A DNA stretch of 64,000 bases from Patescibacteria group bacterium (GCA_041659765.1 JBAZXR010000001.1:387419-451418); one strand, 5' to 3'. Shown: positions 47,917 to 57,190, counted from the stretch's first letter. Notes: generated by a model not told the origin, from the letters alone. Numbers and translations: made by a program.

Positions 47917-49899
47917 TCAAACTAAATTAACACTTGCTTCAGTGACGATTTCTTCAGGAGAAGCGAAGTCCTTGGCTATCAAATTTTGATCGATTTGTAA
48001 TTTGTCTTGGATAAACTGATGTCTGAGTTTTGCGGCGGTCAAAACCTCGCTCCATGTTCGAACGTAAATTTTATAGTTTCCTTTATTGAAAACTAAGCCC
48101 TTATTTTTCTCGCCATGATTTTTATTATTTTCAATCTCATCTTCTATATAACTATCCATGCGGTTGCCCACAAGAATAAATTCCCAATGCATATTTGAGG
48201 CATTGAAATCAGCAACCGACAAAATTACACTCATGTATTTTTTGACCTGAGATAACTCTTCCTCACCCAAGATTACAGATGGTCTCTTTAATTCAACGAC
48301 AATATTTTCAATTGTACTTATTGTTTTATTTTGCCTGCACAAGAAAAGATCCATTTCCTTATTTTTGTCCCTATGCTTAATAGAAATCGTTTCTATCTCC
48401 CCACCAAGATGCTCATGATAATTAGCGAGTGCTTTTTCAAATTTTTGTTCGGTGGATGCTAATAGATGGTATTGCTCTCCAAAAATCCAATAATTTAGAT
48501 CAAGAAATTTTTGGAGATGATCACGTTCGTTTGCATTAAAAGAAGTTTTGAAAACTAAATCATTCAACTGATCAAGAGCAATGAAACGCTCTTTGATCAA
48601 ACGCGTGGCATGAATAATATTTGATAGATGCGTCACCTTAAGTAACTCGCACAATTCATCAATATCTTCTGAATCCAATTCAAGTACAGCCTTGAGAATC
48701 TCAAATATCTTTTCTTTCTCTCCCGATTCCAACAATACATTTAATAGTCCAACCAACGTCTTCTTCTCCTCGATGGAAGAAGTGGAGAAAATCTTTGGTT
48801 GAACTTGATACAGTCCTTTGATTACTTCTTCAAGCTCATTCTTTTTAACAAGATCCCATTGGTCTGTACCAAATTTCGGAATAATCCCTTTGCTCTCATA
48901 TTCCTCAATCAACTGTTTCGCGTAGTTAGCCAAAAATGGCTTACGTTTTTTTCTTAAAAACTGAGTTAATTCTTTTTCTAAAAACTTAAATTCTGCGTCA
49001 GATTTAGAGTGACCGAAAAGAGTGCGATCTTCTTCCCCAGAACCGCCCTCGGCATTAAACTCATCGAAATAATCGCTCTTAATGTAGACGCTATGATAAA
49101 AGCTATCGCCTTTGTTATTTAATTTTGTTGTCTCTTTCCAGATCTCATCATCTTTTGAATTAACAAGGTAATAGCGGGAATACTCGTCGTGAAGTTGCCT
49201 ACTCCAACGAACAAAATTAATTTCAAACTCTGTATTTGATGCAGGATAAATAAATTTTGTTGAAGCTTGCTCTCCAATTATTGAAGCGTAGTCGAGTGGC
49301 TTGCCGTTGATAAGAACGGCGAATCCTCGTTTTTTGTTTAATTCCAAAAACCAGCCGAATTCAGCTTTTAAATATGCTTCTACCTTATCCTGAAACATCG
49401 TAAACGTGAGGGAGTTTACAGAGTCGAAGGTAACGGTAGTCCCAGTATTTTTTTCAGCAGACTTCTTAGGGGTCGAAGAGTTGGTCTCGTAGTGGTTTAA
49501 CTTTTGAGATTCGATGGTGATGTCGTATTCAAATACCTCGTCTTTGTTTTTAAATCTTGTAGTCCATACAGCCCTCTCTGAAAAAGTAAAAAAGGTAAGG
49601 CGACCAATCCCGTTTCTTCCGTGCGTTAAGGACTTGTTCCTGGAAGGACTTTTAGCCATTTTTTCGGATTGAAAAAACGGTCTAAATTTTTGATCAAGAA
49701 GGCTTTTATCGATACCGCTTCCATTGTCGGAAATACTCAGGCTTCGAATCCCACCAAGACCCTCCACGTCCACATCTATTCTGACATCCGTTGCGCCAGC
49801 ATCGAAGCCATTCCAAATAAATTCAGCAAAAGCTTCTTCGGCGGTGTATTTACGTAAGATTTGCTTTATCCCTCTTTCGTTCACTTCAATGATTGCCAT
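47917..49899 (-). CDS. GHKL-superfamily (MutL/MORC-like HATPase_c) ATPase with C-terminal PD-(D/E)xK-like region
   Basis: Bergerat-fold motifs are present in order: N-box EFIWNGFDAGA (ExxxNxxDA), G1 ISDNGSGI (DxGxG), G2 GRNGIGRL (GxxGxG) and G3 NTGTTVTF. The C-terminal MDLFL...IVVELKRP fits a D...ExK nuclease core. The region is AT-rich. Confidence 0.6.
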   Translation of the reverse strand: MAIIEVNERGIKQILRKYTAEEAFAEFIWNGFDAGATDVRIDVDVEGLGGIRSLSISDNGSGIDKSLLDQKFRPFFQSEKMAKSPSRNKSLTHGRNGIGRLTFFTFSERAVWTTRFKNKDEVFEYDITIESQKLNHYETNSSTPKKSAEKNTGTTVTFDSVNSLTFTMFQDKVEAYLKAEFGWFLELNKKRGFAVLINGKPLDYASIIGEQASTKFIYPASNTEFEINFVRWSRQLHDEYSRYYLVNSKDDEIWKETTKLNNKGDSFYHSVYIKSDYFDEFNAEGGSGEEDRTLFGHSKSDAEFKFLEKELTQFLRKKRKPFLANYAKQLIEEYESKGIIPKFGTDQWDLVKKNELEEVIKGLYQVQPKIFSTSSIEEKKTLVGLLNVLLESGEKEKIFEILKAVLELDSEDIDELCELLKVTHLSNIIHATRLIKERFIALDQLNDLVFKTSFNANERDHLQKFLDLNYWIFGEQYHLLASTEQKFEKALANYHEHLGGEIETISIKHRDKNKEMDLFLCRQNKTISTIENIVVELKRPSVILGEEELSQVKKYMSVILSVADFNASNMHWEFILVGNRMDSYIEDEIENNKNHGEKNKGLVFNKGNYKIYVRTWSEVLTAAKLRHQFIQDKLQIDQNLIAKDFASPEEIVTEASVNLV

Positions 49900-50038
49900 A
49901 AGCTTATACCGATTCTATCAGTTTAAGCAGACTTAGCAACCGACTCTCGTAGTACAAAAACGTATTGAATTTATGGCTTAATTAATGCCTCCATTCCGTC
50001 AACAAGTTTCACTTCAAATTTGCTCAATCCAAGGAGCA

Positions 50039-50358
50039 ATGGATCCCGTAGCGTACGCCAGCGAGGTTCAGAGGCTTGAGGGGGAGCTTCAGGAAGTCGA
50101 AAAGAATCTCATAGCCACAAAGGAAACAGCCGAAGAAATGCTTAACACCATTTTAGAGTTTTCCGAACTCGTAAAAATGGCTAGCATCACATATAAATAC
50201 GCGAATCCTCGTGAACGTCACAATCTTCTCACGCAAGCGTTTACCGAACTCAGATTAGCGAACGATGACTTTACATACGATCCAAAAGAGGGCTTTTTAA
50301 AGCTTTTTCAGCGACACGATAAAAAGAAAACACACCTTGATGAACAAGATGTGGTTTC
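50039..50358 (+). CDS. hypothetical ORF that runs without a stop into the tRNA-Asn gene (possible island-border remnant)
   Basis: AAGGAG RBS 8 nt upstream of ATG 50039. The frame stays open through the tRNA, with a stop only at ~50420, so the true C-terminus is uncertain. Confidence 0.25.
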
Positions 50359-50361
50359 TGG

Positions 50362-50433
50362 CTCGGGGGGTGGGGCTCGAACCCACGACCCAAGGATTAA
50401 CAGTCCTTTGCTCTGCCACTGAGCTACCCCCGA
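50362..50433 (-). tRNA. tRNA-Asn (anticodon GTT), CCA encoded (to 50359)
   Basis: Minus-strand sequence TCGGGGGTAGCTCAGTGGCAGAGCAAAGGACTGTTAATCCTTGGGTCGTGGGTTCGAGCCCCACCCCCCGAGCCA. It has a 7-bp acceptor stem, GCTC/GAGC D-stem, anticodon loop CTGTTAA and T-loop TTCGAGC. Confidence 0.85.
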
Positions 50434-50479
50434 ATATTAGGCTATTTCAACAATAACCCGTCGGTAGTATAAAGAGCGT

Positions 50480-50860
50480 ATGCAAAAAAGGCAAGTAAAT
50501 GAATTGCGTACTGTTTTTGGAGTTTTGGCCATCATCAGCCTTCTTTTTGGACTTCTCATCTTTTTCTTTGTCCACAGCGGTTTTCTCCGTAACTACGGCG
50601 GTGATGTGGTGGCGGTTACTTTCCTGTATTCGCTGCTTAGACTCACCCTTAGCCCAAAACCAAAAACCGCGGCGGGCATGGTGTTTGCCGTGGCGGTGTT
50701 CATTGAAGTTCTTCAGGCGCTCGTCAGCCTCCCCCATTCAACCGTAACAACTTTAACGCTCGGGAGTACGTTTGATCCCCTGGACCTGCTCGCCTATTTC
50801 CTGACCGTACTTGCGCTCTACTTGCTCGACAACGGTTTGCGCGCTTCTCTTGCAAAGTGA
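50480..50860 (+). CDS. small membrane protein, possibly DUF2809 family
   Basis: 126 aa with four TM helices and an RNYGGDVVAVTFLYSLL motif. Confidence 0.35.
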   Translation: MQKRQVNELRTVFGVLAIISLLFGLLIFFFVHSGFLRNYGGDVVAVTFLYSLLRLTLSPKPKTAAGMVFAVAVFIEVLQALVSLPHSTVTTLTLGSTFDPLDLLAYFLTVLALYLLDNGLRASLAK

Positions 50861-50910
50861 ACCAGAGGCGCTCGAATGGTCTGATGTTTTGTTATACTCC
50901 GTTGGAACGT

Positions 50911-51369
50911 ATGAACAAAAAAATACTGCTTGCGATTATCAACATCGTCGGGCTATGCATTGTCATCGCCGCAGTCACCATTGGGCTTGTCAATCACAAC
51001 CAATGGATGGGACCCGTACTCATTGGTCTTGGCATCCTTTGCCTGCTAAGCCTCGTGCCATTTAAAGTAAAGGTCACATCCGCAGGCCCGGATATTCTTT
51101 TTGGAATCATCGATAACGGTATATTGGCCATCATGGCGATTTTTGGTGGTCATTTTGGTGGAATTGCGGGCGCGGTCCTAGGTGGAGTTGTGGGAAACGC
51201 CATTACTGACGGCATCGCGGGTATTTTTGAAGGATACATCGCGGAAAAGTTCGACTCTCAGGACCTTTCAAGTCATCGAACGCTGCTCAAATCAGCTGTA
51301 GGAAAAATGGCGGGATGCCTTCTGAGCGCCGGAGCCGTGCTGGTTGTTGCAGAAGTATTCGGCTGGTAA
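50911..51369 (+). CDS. hypothetical membrane protein with Gly-zipper helices
   Basis: The likely start is MNKKILLAI. GxxxG repeats occur (GGIAGAVLGGVVGNAITDGIAGI). Confidence 0.3.
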   Translation: MNKKILLAIINIVGLCIVIAAVTIGLVNHNQWMGPVLIGLGILCLLSLVPFKVKVTSAGPDILFGIIDNGILAIMAIFGGHFGGIAGAVLGGVVGNAITDGIAGIFEGYIAEKFDSQDLSSHRTLLKSAVGKMAGCLLSAGAVLVVAEVFGW

Positions 51370-51396
51370 TTCGTCAAAAACACAACCAAGAAACCT

Positions 51397-51693
51397 ATGC
51401 GCCCTCCTTTTCTCGGGCTTATGAATAATCAGCGCCATAAACACGCCATTGACTACGTAGCCGATGTGAATAGCGGTGTTTCCGCCGTAGCCCTTTTACC
51501 GCAACTCATTACGGTCTTGGGACACAAAAGTACTGTAGGACTCTCGCCGCTAACATTTTTCTTGATTGCGCTCAATAGTTCCGTATGGTTTGCGTATGGA
51601 ATCCATCGTCATGCACCCCCGCTCATTATTTCATCCTCGCTAAACGCGCTTGTGTCGATCGTAATTTTAGGCGCCATGTACATCTGGGCATAA
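51397..51693 (+). CDS. SemiSWEET/PQ-loop family transporter
   Basis: LLPQLITVLGHKSTVGLSPLTFFLIALNSSVWFAYGI matches the PQ-loop motif of bacterial SemiSWEETs; 98 aa with three TM helices. Confidence 0.5.
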   Translation: MRPPFLGLMNNQRHKHAIDYVADVNSGVSAVALLPQLITVLGHKSTVGLSPLTFFLIALNSSVWFAYGIHRHAPPLIISSSLNALVSIVILGAMYIWA

Positions 51694-51712
51694 TGCGAAA
51701 GCCGATGACGCA

Positions 51713-52135
51713 CTATTCACTCTTACGTGGCTTGCGCTTTTCTTCCTCGGCCGCGGAGTTATGAGTGTCCTTCGGCATGCGCTCCTGGTTAGCAATAGCG
51801 TCCTTCATTAAGCTCTTTTTATCTGCCTCAGTCATCGGTCTCAAGGGTTCGACGTACCTGGGAATAGGTTTAGGGGTAACAATTTTTGCCGGCGAAGGTT
51901 TCGATTCCTTGATTGTCGTTTGCTTCATCGCTTCTTTCACTTTCTCGAGTAGCACCGCCCCATCATGCTTTCTGTAGGCCGGGAAGGAATTAATGGCCAG
52001 ATAAATACGACGGTTCAAATCAGCCCACGGTTTTTGTTTTGGGTCTTTAGGAAACTTTTCCGCCTCCTTGGCAATGTTTTCAAGCTCTGTCTTTGAATAC
52101 GTCGGCCCGCTTCGGCCGTGCTCTGGGGTAGACAT
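51713..52135 (-). CDS. hypothetical lysine-rich protein
   Basis: 140-aa ORF with no family recognised. Confidence 0.3.
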   Translation of the reverse strand: MSTPEHGRSGPTYSKTELENIAKEAEKFPKDPKQKPWADLNRRIYLAINSFPAYRKHDGAVLLEKVKEAMKQTTIKESKPSPAKIVTPKPIPRYVEPLRPMTEADKKSLMKDAIANQERMPKDTHNSAAEEEKRKPRKSE

Positions 52136-52142
52136 AAAAATA

Positions 52143-52646
52143 TTAGTTTACGGATTTGATTTCAATTTTCGCCAGCCCGTTTCCAATATGTTTATCATAC
52201 ACGTCTCCCGCGCTATGGCCCAAGAGCGCCGCCCCAAGCGGACTGGAACGAGAAATCTTGCCTAATCCGGGAGCTGTTTCTAAGGAGCCAAGAATGGTGA
52301 CGGTGAGGGGCGAGCCATTCAACAGCAATGAGATGGTTGAACCCACGTGCACTTTGCCGTCAGCTGTCCCTTGTTCGATCACCCGCGCATTGGTGATACG
52401 GTCTTTCAAATTTTCTATTCTGCCGTCCATTGACCGGAGCGTAGATTTAGCCACGTGATACCCAAAATTTTCCGAGCGGTCCCCCATCTCAGCGAGTCTC
52501 TGAACTTCGAGCAGCTGTTTCGGACGCTCGGTTTTAACCAGACGATCGAGAGTTCGTTTCATGCTGTCGAGCGCAGTCTGCGTCACGAACCGATCCGGTT
52601 CCTCAACCTTCTTCAATGTTTCCGAACGCCGAGTAGGGACTCTCAT
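52143..52646 (-). CDS. greA: transcription elongation factor GreA
   Basis: GDRSENFGYHVAKSTLRSMDGRIENLKDRITNARVI is the GreA N-terminal coiled-coil signature, and a C-terminal FKBP-like domain is present. Confidence 0.8.
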   Translation of the reverse strand: MRVPTRRSETLKKVEEPDRFVTQTALDSMKRTLDRLVKTERPKQLLEVQRLAEMGDRSENFGYHVAKSTLRSMDGRIENLKDRITNARVIEQGTADGKVHVGSTISLLLNGSPLTVTILGSLETAPGLGKISRSSPLGAALLGHSAGDVYDKHIGNGLAKIEIKSVN

Positions 52647-52647
52647 A

Positions 52648-53853
52648 CTAAAAAGTAACGCGAATACCAGACAGCGTGACGCCGGACTTCACCACGGTAA
52701 ATGGAGTTTTCAAGCCGTGCTGCGGGGCGTGTTCGATGACGGATGATTCAAGAAACAGAGCATTCCGTTCATCTGTATCCTCGGCGAGCTTCGACGCAAT
52801 GTTCACGGGCGAGCCGGCGATTTGTTCTTTGCCCTGTCCCATGTCGAACAGCAAGACCTCGCCCGACACAACCGCAATATTACAGGTCAGTTCGGCCTCC
52901 TGTGCAGTGGCGTGAAGCGCGATTGATAAATCGACAGCTTCACTAGAGCTCTCGAGCGTAATAATCATGAGCGAGCCGTTCGCGCTGACCAAGTTTGCGC
53001 TGTATTTACGCAGTACCTCATTCATGAGCGAATTCGTAGCTACGCCTTGGGCTAGCTGGTCCAAGAGTAAAGGTTCGTGTCCGTGGAACACCCGAACAAG
53101 CACCACGGTTCGAGCAATCAATCGTTCTTTCTCAAGAGCAGCGATCGCCTCTGGATTAGTTGCATCGAGTTTACGGAGGGCGTCGGCGAATCCTGAATCA
53201 AATGGGGCCGGGAACACCACATCGTCGCCCTTGGCTACCGGCGAAATATCCGCCACGTTTTCTAATACAAAAAATTCCGCGCGCTCTTTGTCAACCTTAA
53301 ATGTATCGCCAATTGCTTTCTTTACTTCGGCCGATATCATGACCTCCCCCGCCTTGGATTCTTCTTCTGTTACCTGCTCGACGGCATCGGCGTCTGCTCC
53401 GTATAATCCACCGCCAATCTCGTAAGAAAGTCCGACGTGAATACCGAGTCCGACTTTGACGGTGCAGCGTGCCGCTTCTTTCTGGAGGGCGAGCATCTGG
53501 CCCACCACCGTGGCCGCTGGAATACTTTCTGGATAGAACATCTGCGTGTTGTCCGCAATCCAAATACCAATCGGCTTCCCGCCAATGGCCTTGCCGTAAG
53601 CATGAATCAGTTCTTTCGGCTCGCTCACTAGCTTCATCACTTCGATCAGCGATTTATTCATCGAAAGTTTTGAAAGACCGGCTGAATCTGAAGAAACAAT
53701 TATCCCTTCTCTTTTGTATGGAGCGAGCAACTTCTCGTGGGTTTCTGGAGTGCCGTCACTTTTGACCCACTCCTCAATTAAATCAACGGGAATCTCGCCT
53801 GCAATGTCTTGCGACAGATCAGCGAAAACTGACTGAAAATGCTTATTTTGCAT
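52648..53853 (-). CDS. tandem class III nucleotidyl-cyclase-homology (CHD)-like domain protein
   Basis: The first half has IIVSSDSAGLSKL, GGKPIGIWIADNTQMF and KVGLGIHVGLSYEIGGGLYG. The second half has VVLVRVFHG and CNIAVVSGEVLLFDMGQGKEQIAGSPVNIASKLAE, where GxxVNxAxRLE is the CHD hallmark. The metal-binding Asp residues are not conserved in the second half. Confidence 0.4.
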   Translation of the reverse strand: MQNKHFQSVFADLSQDIAGEIPVDLIEEWVKSDGTPETHEKLLAPYKREGIIVSSDSAGLSKLSMNKSLIEVMKLVSEPKELIHAYGKAIGGKPIGIWIADNTQMFYPESIPAATVVGQMLALQKEAARCTVKVGLGIHVGLSYEIGGGLYGADADAVEQVTEEESKAGEVMISAEVKKAIGDTFKVDKERAEFFVLENVADISPVAKGDDVVFPAPFDSGFADALRKLDATNPEAIAALEKERLIARTVVLVRVFHGHEPLLLDQLAQGVATNSLMNEVLRKYSANLVSANGSLMIITLESSSEAVDLSIALHATAQEAELTCNIAVVSGEVLLFDMGQGKEQIAGSPVNIASKLAEDTDERNALFLESSVIEHAPQHGLKTPFTVVKSGVTLSGIRVTF

Positions 53854-53936
53854 ACGGCCATCAGATTAGCATAAAAAAAGAGCGGGCGCCCATGGACCGT
53901 GAAGTCCAAGGGCACCCGCGTGAGAGAGCTGACTGC

Positions 53937-56513
53937 CTACTTGACGCTGCCGCCGTAGCGCTTGCCGGTACCGTCCGCGACATAGGTGATGTCACCCGTG
54001 TTCTGGCTGACGGTGTACCCGCCGGTCGGACCGGTGGCGCTCAGGATGTGGCCGCCGTGCACGTTGCTGGCACACCAGTCGGCGTCGTTGTTCAGCCAGC
54101 ACTGGATGGACAACGTGTCGTTGCGCATGGTGGTCAGCTGCACGGTCACCACGGACCCGCTGCGGATGGCCGTGGAAACCACCGCGCCCGTATTGACGTT
54201 CTTCACCTCGAAGTTGTTGAGGGTCATGCCCGTCGCCGCGGCGTCGAGCGTGAACGTCCAGGTGTTCGTGGTCCGGCCAGTCGAGCTCGTACCGTCCTGC
54301 CCGTTGCAGTCCTGATCGTGGCCGTCGACCGAGAGGTCGAGGGCGCCAGGGTACGTGTCGCTCCGGGTGTCATCGCAGTCACCCGAGGCCGCCACGTAGC
54401 CGGCCGGCTGGGAAGCCTGCGCGACCGAGACGAGCGGGTTGCCGAACTTGTCGCTGTCACCGTCCTTGTACCAGGTGTTCGTGGACGGCAGCGAACAGAC
54501 CAAGTCCCCGCCCGAGCAATCGTCGTCCACGGCATTGCCGCAGACCTCCACCGCTCCCGGCTTCACGGCGGCATTGCCGTCGTTGCAGTCGGTCTTGTCC
54601 GTCACGTAGCCCACGGGCTGGGAAGCCTGCAGGAGGGTGACGAGCGGGTTGCCGAACTTGTCAGCGTCCTTGTCTTCATACCAGGAGACCGCGCAGACCG
54701 CGTCACCGCCCGAGCAGTCCTCATCCAGGTTGTTGCCACAGGTGTCCGTGGCCCCGGGGAACTGGAGCGGGTTGCTGTCGTTGCAGTCATCCACGAGCAC
54801 GGTGCTCGCCGCCTCGTTGGCGTCCAGACAGTCCAGATCCGTACTGATGATCGCGGTGGACTGGTTGGCCACGGACCGGTGCTTGTCGTTGTCGCCGTCC
54901 AGGTAGCACGACTCGAGCGAGTCGCAGTTCTGGTCCACGCCGTCACCGGCCTGTTCGATCGCACCGGGGTGGATCATGGCCCTGATGTCGTCGCAGTCGG
55001 TGGCGGGGTCCGTGGCCTTCGCCTCGAACGGATCCGCGCAGCTGACGTTGGCGCTGCCGATCGGCAGGTTCAGGCTCGTGCGGAACGTGTCGTCATCGAG
55101 GTCAATGTAGCAGACCTCCGTCCCCGTGCAGTCCTCGTCGATCTCGTTGCCGATGATCTCAGACGCCAGCGGATGGACCGTGGCCTTCGTGTCGTCGCAG
55201 TCGGTCGAGAGCGCCACGTAGCCCGCGGGGGCCACATTGACGTTCACGGTGGTCGGCTGCGACAGGTTTCCGTACCCATCCACGTCCGCGTCCTTGTAGA
55301 ACGTGAACGTGCTGGTCGAGCACACGTTGCCTTCGTCGATTCCGCTGACGCAGTTGTTGTCCTGCGCGTCGCAGATCTCCACCGCCCCAGGCTTCACGGC
55401 GGAATTGCCGTCGTTGCAGTCCGTGGCACTGGCCACGTACCCAGCCGGCTGGCCAACCTGCACGGTGAACACGAGCGCGTTCCCGAACAGATCGCCGTCC
55501 TTGTCCTGGTACCAGGTGGTGCCATTCACGCACACGTTCCCTTCGTCGATTCCGCTCACGCAGTTGTTGTCCTGCGCGTCGCACACCTCGGTCGCGCCGG
55601 GCTTCACGGCGGAATTGCCGTCGTTGCAGTCCGTCGAGTTGTTCACGTAGCCCGCGGGGGCAACGTTCACATTGACCGTGGTCGGCGACGAGAGGTTCCC
55701 GAAGCCGTCCGTGTCCACGTCCTTCCAGAACGTGTAGGTGTTGCTCGAGGGGCCGTCCTTGCCGTCGCAGTTCTGGTCCACGCCATCGACCGTGGGGTCG
55801 GGGGCGTTCGGATTCACCGCCGCATTCGCGTCGTTGCAATCCGTGTTGTTGGCCACGAACCCGACAGCCGGAACGGCGCTCGTACCGCCGGCGGAATTGC
55901 CGAAGGTGTCGCCGTCCCCGTCCTTGGAGTACACCACGCTGCCCTTGTCGGAGGTCAGCGTGTTGCAGTCATCGTCGAGGCCGTTGTTCAGCACCTCCGC
56001 GCGGTCCACGTTGATGGCCGCGTTCGCGTCATCACACTCGCCGGCGGGCTCGGAGAAGTAGGCTTCCCCGCTGCTCTCGCAGTCACCGTCGGGCGAGGTG
56101 AAGAACGTCTCCAGCCGGTGACCGTCGTTGTCACCGTCCGTCCAGCACTTGACGGAGTTCGCGTTCGGCTCGTCCACCTGCAAGTTGCAGTTGTCGTCGT
56201 AGCCGTTCTGCTGCTCCTGCGCGCTCGGGAAGATGGCGCTATCCGCGTCATCGCAGTCGCCGATCCGCTTGGACTTGCCAGCGGGCACGACCGTGACGCA
56301 CGTCGGAGTCTCCATGGCCCCCCAGCCGTCACCGTCTTCATCGTCCGTCACCGGCGATTCCGTAAGGGTACAGTACGCGTGGCGGGCGGCGTCGTTCGGA
56401 TCCGCCTCGTGCACCGTGGCCCCGCTGTCAAGAGCGGTGTCCTCGGTCAGGTCCTGGTTGTCACACGCGCCGATGGAAAGGAAGCCCATGAGCACGAACA
56501 GTCGATTCTTCAT
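53937..56513 (-). CDS. secreted Cys/Asp-rich repeat protein (MopE-like putative metal-binding repeats), in a GC-rich island
   Basis: Signal/lipobox MKNRLFVLMGFLSIGAC. There are at least 12 copies of a ~45-aa unit (GYV...TDCNDGNSAVKPGA.E.CD.QDNNC.SGIDEG). It is 858 aa, GC is ~65-70% by eye, and a large antisense shadow ORF exists. Confidence 0.55.
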   Translation of the reverse strand: MKNRLFVLMGFLSIGACDNQDLTEDTALDSGATVHEADPNDAARHAYCTLTESPVTDDEDGDGWGAMETPTCVTVVPAGKSKRIGDCDDADSAIFPSAQEQQNGYDDNCNLQVDEPNANSVKCWTDGDNDGHRLETFFTSPDGDCESSGEAYFSEPAGECDDANAAINVDRAEVLNNGLDDDCNTLTSDKGSVVYSKDGDGDTFGNSAGGTSAVPAVGFVANNTDCNDANAAVNPNAPDPTVDGVDQNCDGKDGPSSNTYTFWKDVDTDGFGNLSSPTTVNVNVAPAGYVNNSTDCNDGNSAVKPGATEVCDAQDNNCVSGIDEGNVCVNGTTWYQDKDGDLFGNALVFTVQVGQPAGYVASATDCNDGNSAVKPGAVEICDAQDNNCVSGIDEGNVCSTSTFTFYKDADVDGYGNLSQPTTVNVNVAPAGYVALSTDCDDTKATVHPLASEIIGNEIDEDCTGTEVCYIDLDDDTFRTSLNLPIGSANVSCADPFEAKATDPATDCDDIRAMIHPGAIEQAGDGVDQNCDSLESCYLDGDNDKHRSVANQSTAIISTDLDCLDANEAASTVLVDDCNDSNPLQFPGATDTCGNNLDEDCSGGDAVCAVSWYEDKDADKFGNPLVTLLQASQPVGYVTDKTDCNDGNAAVKPGAVEVCGNAVDDDCSGGDLVCSLPSTNTWYKDGDSDKFGNPLVSVAQASQPAGYVAASGDCDDTRSDTYPGALDLSVDGHDQDCNGQDGTSSTGRTTNTWTFTLDAAATGMTLNNFEVKNVNTGAVVSTAIRSGSVVTVQLTTMRNDTLSIQCWLNNDADWCASNVHGGHILSATGPTGGYTVSQNTGDITYVADGTGKRYGGSVK

Positions 56514-56708
56514 CTCTACCTCCTGGCTGGTTAGCCGTTACACTGTCTTCTCGAACTCACACACTAATGAAAGAAGTCCCCAAATGCGTTCGATGGAACA
56601 TTTGAGGAACGGGTGACCTTATAGAATTTACTGACTATTGTCAAAAGATTCGGCTTCGATCAGCGAAAAATGCACACAAGGCGTTGATTAGTGGCTATTA
56701 TTAGCAAA

Positions 56709-56745
56709 AAAAAGACGGCCCATACCCTAAGGCTGGTGCCGTTTT
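56709..56745 (-). terminator. intrinsic terminator of the small Cys-rich paralog
   Basis: On the minus strand: ACGGCACCAGCCTTAGGGTATGGGCCGT followed by CTTTTTTTTGC. Confidence 0.45.
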
Positions 56746-56764
56746 GTTCGATGAGAAGCTGATA

Positions 56765-57190
56765 TCAACGATTCGCGTCCTGACCGTCGCAATCCTGATC
56801 GTGGCCGTCGACCGAGAGGTCAGGGGCTCCAGGATACGTATCGCTTCGAGCGTCATCGCAATCACCGGAGACCACGACGAAACCCGGAGGGGCCACGTTC
56901 GTCTTCGTCATCCGCCACCGCGCTGCACTCCCGTACCTATCGCTGTCACCGTCGCGGTACCAGGTAAACGTACCCGGGCCGCACATGTCATCCTCGTCTA
57001 CGAGTCCGTCGCAGTCGTTGTCGATCCCATCACATGACTCGACGATAGTCTTGCAAACAACCGGCTGATCACGCGTGGTGACGGACTGCTTGAATTGCCC
57101 AATTCGGATCCCGATCGCGGTAAGGAGGAGGCACAGCGAGAGCACAAGGACGATTGCCCCACACCGACCACGCGATTCGAACATATTCAT
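56765..57190 (-). CDS. small secreted Cys/Asp-rich repeat protein, paralog of the C-terminal repeats of the 858-aa protein
   Basis: Signal peptide; CDGIDNDCDGLVDEDD and GDCDDARSDTYPGAPDLSVDGHDQDCDGQD are near-identical to units in the 858-aa protein. Confidence 0.5.
   Translation of the reverse strand: MNMFESRGRCGAIVLVLSLCLLLTAIGIRIGQFKQSVTTRDQPVVCKTIVESCDGIDNDCDGLVDEDDMCGPGTFTWYRDGDSDRYGSAARWRMTKTNVAPPGFVVVSGDCDDARSDTYPGAPDLSVDGHDQDCDGQDANR

Noticed and set aside
49985-50038. Upstream ATG (49985) as the start of the ORF that reads into the tRNA
   Set aside because: The AAGGAG Shine-Dalgarno sits 8 nt before ATG 50039, so the shorter start is better supported.
53892-56534. 880-aa plus-strand ORF spanning the GC-rich island
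   Set aside because: It is an antisense shadow of the 858-aa minus-strand gene. The product is Val/Ala/Arg/Gly-rich as expected from high-GC antisense and has no signal peptide or repeat logic. The minus-strand frame has a lipoprotein signal and a coherent Cys-repeat architecture.
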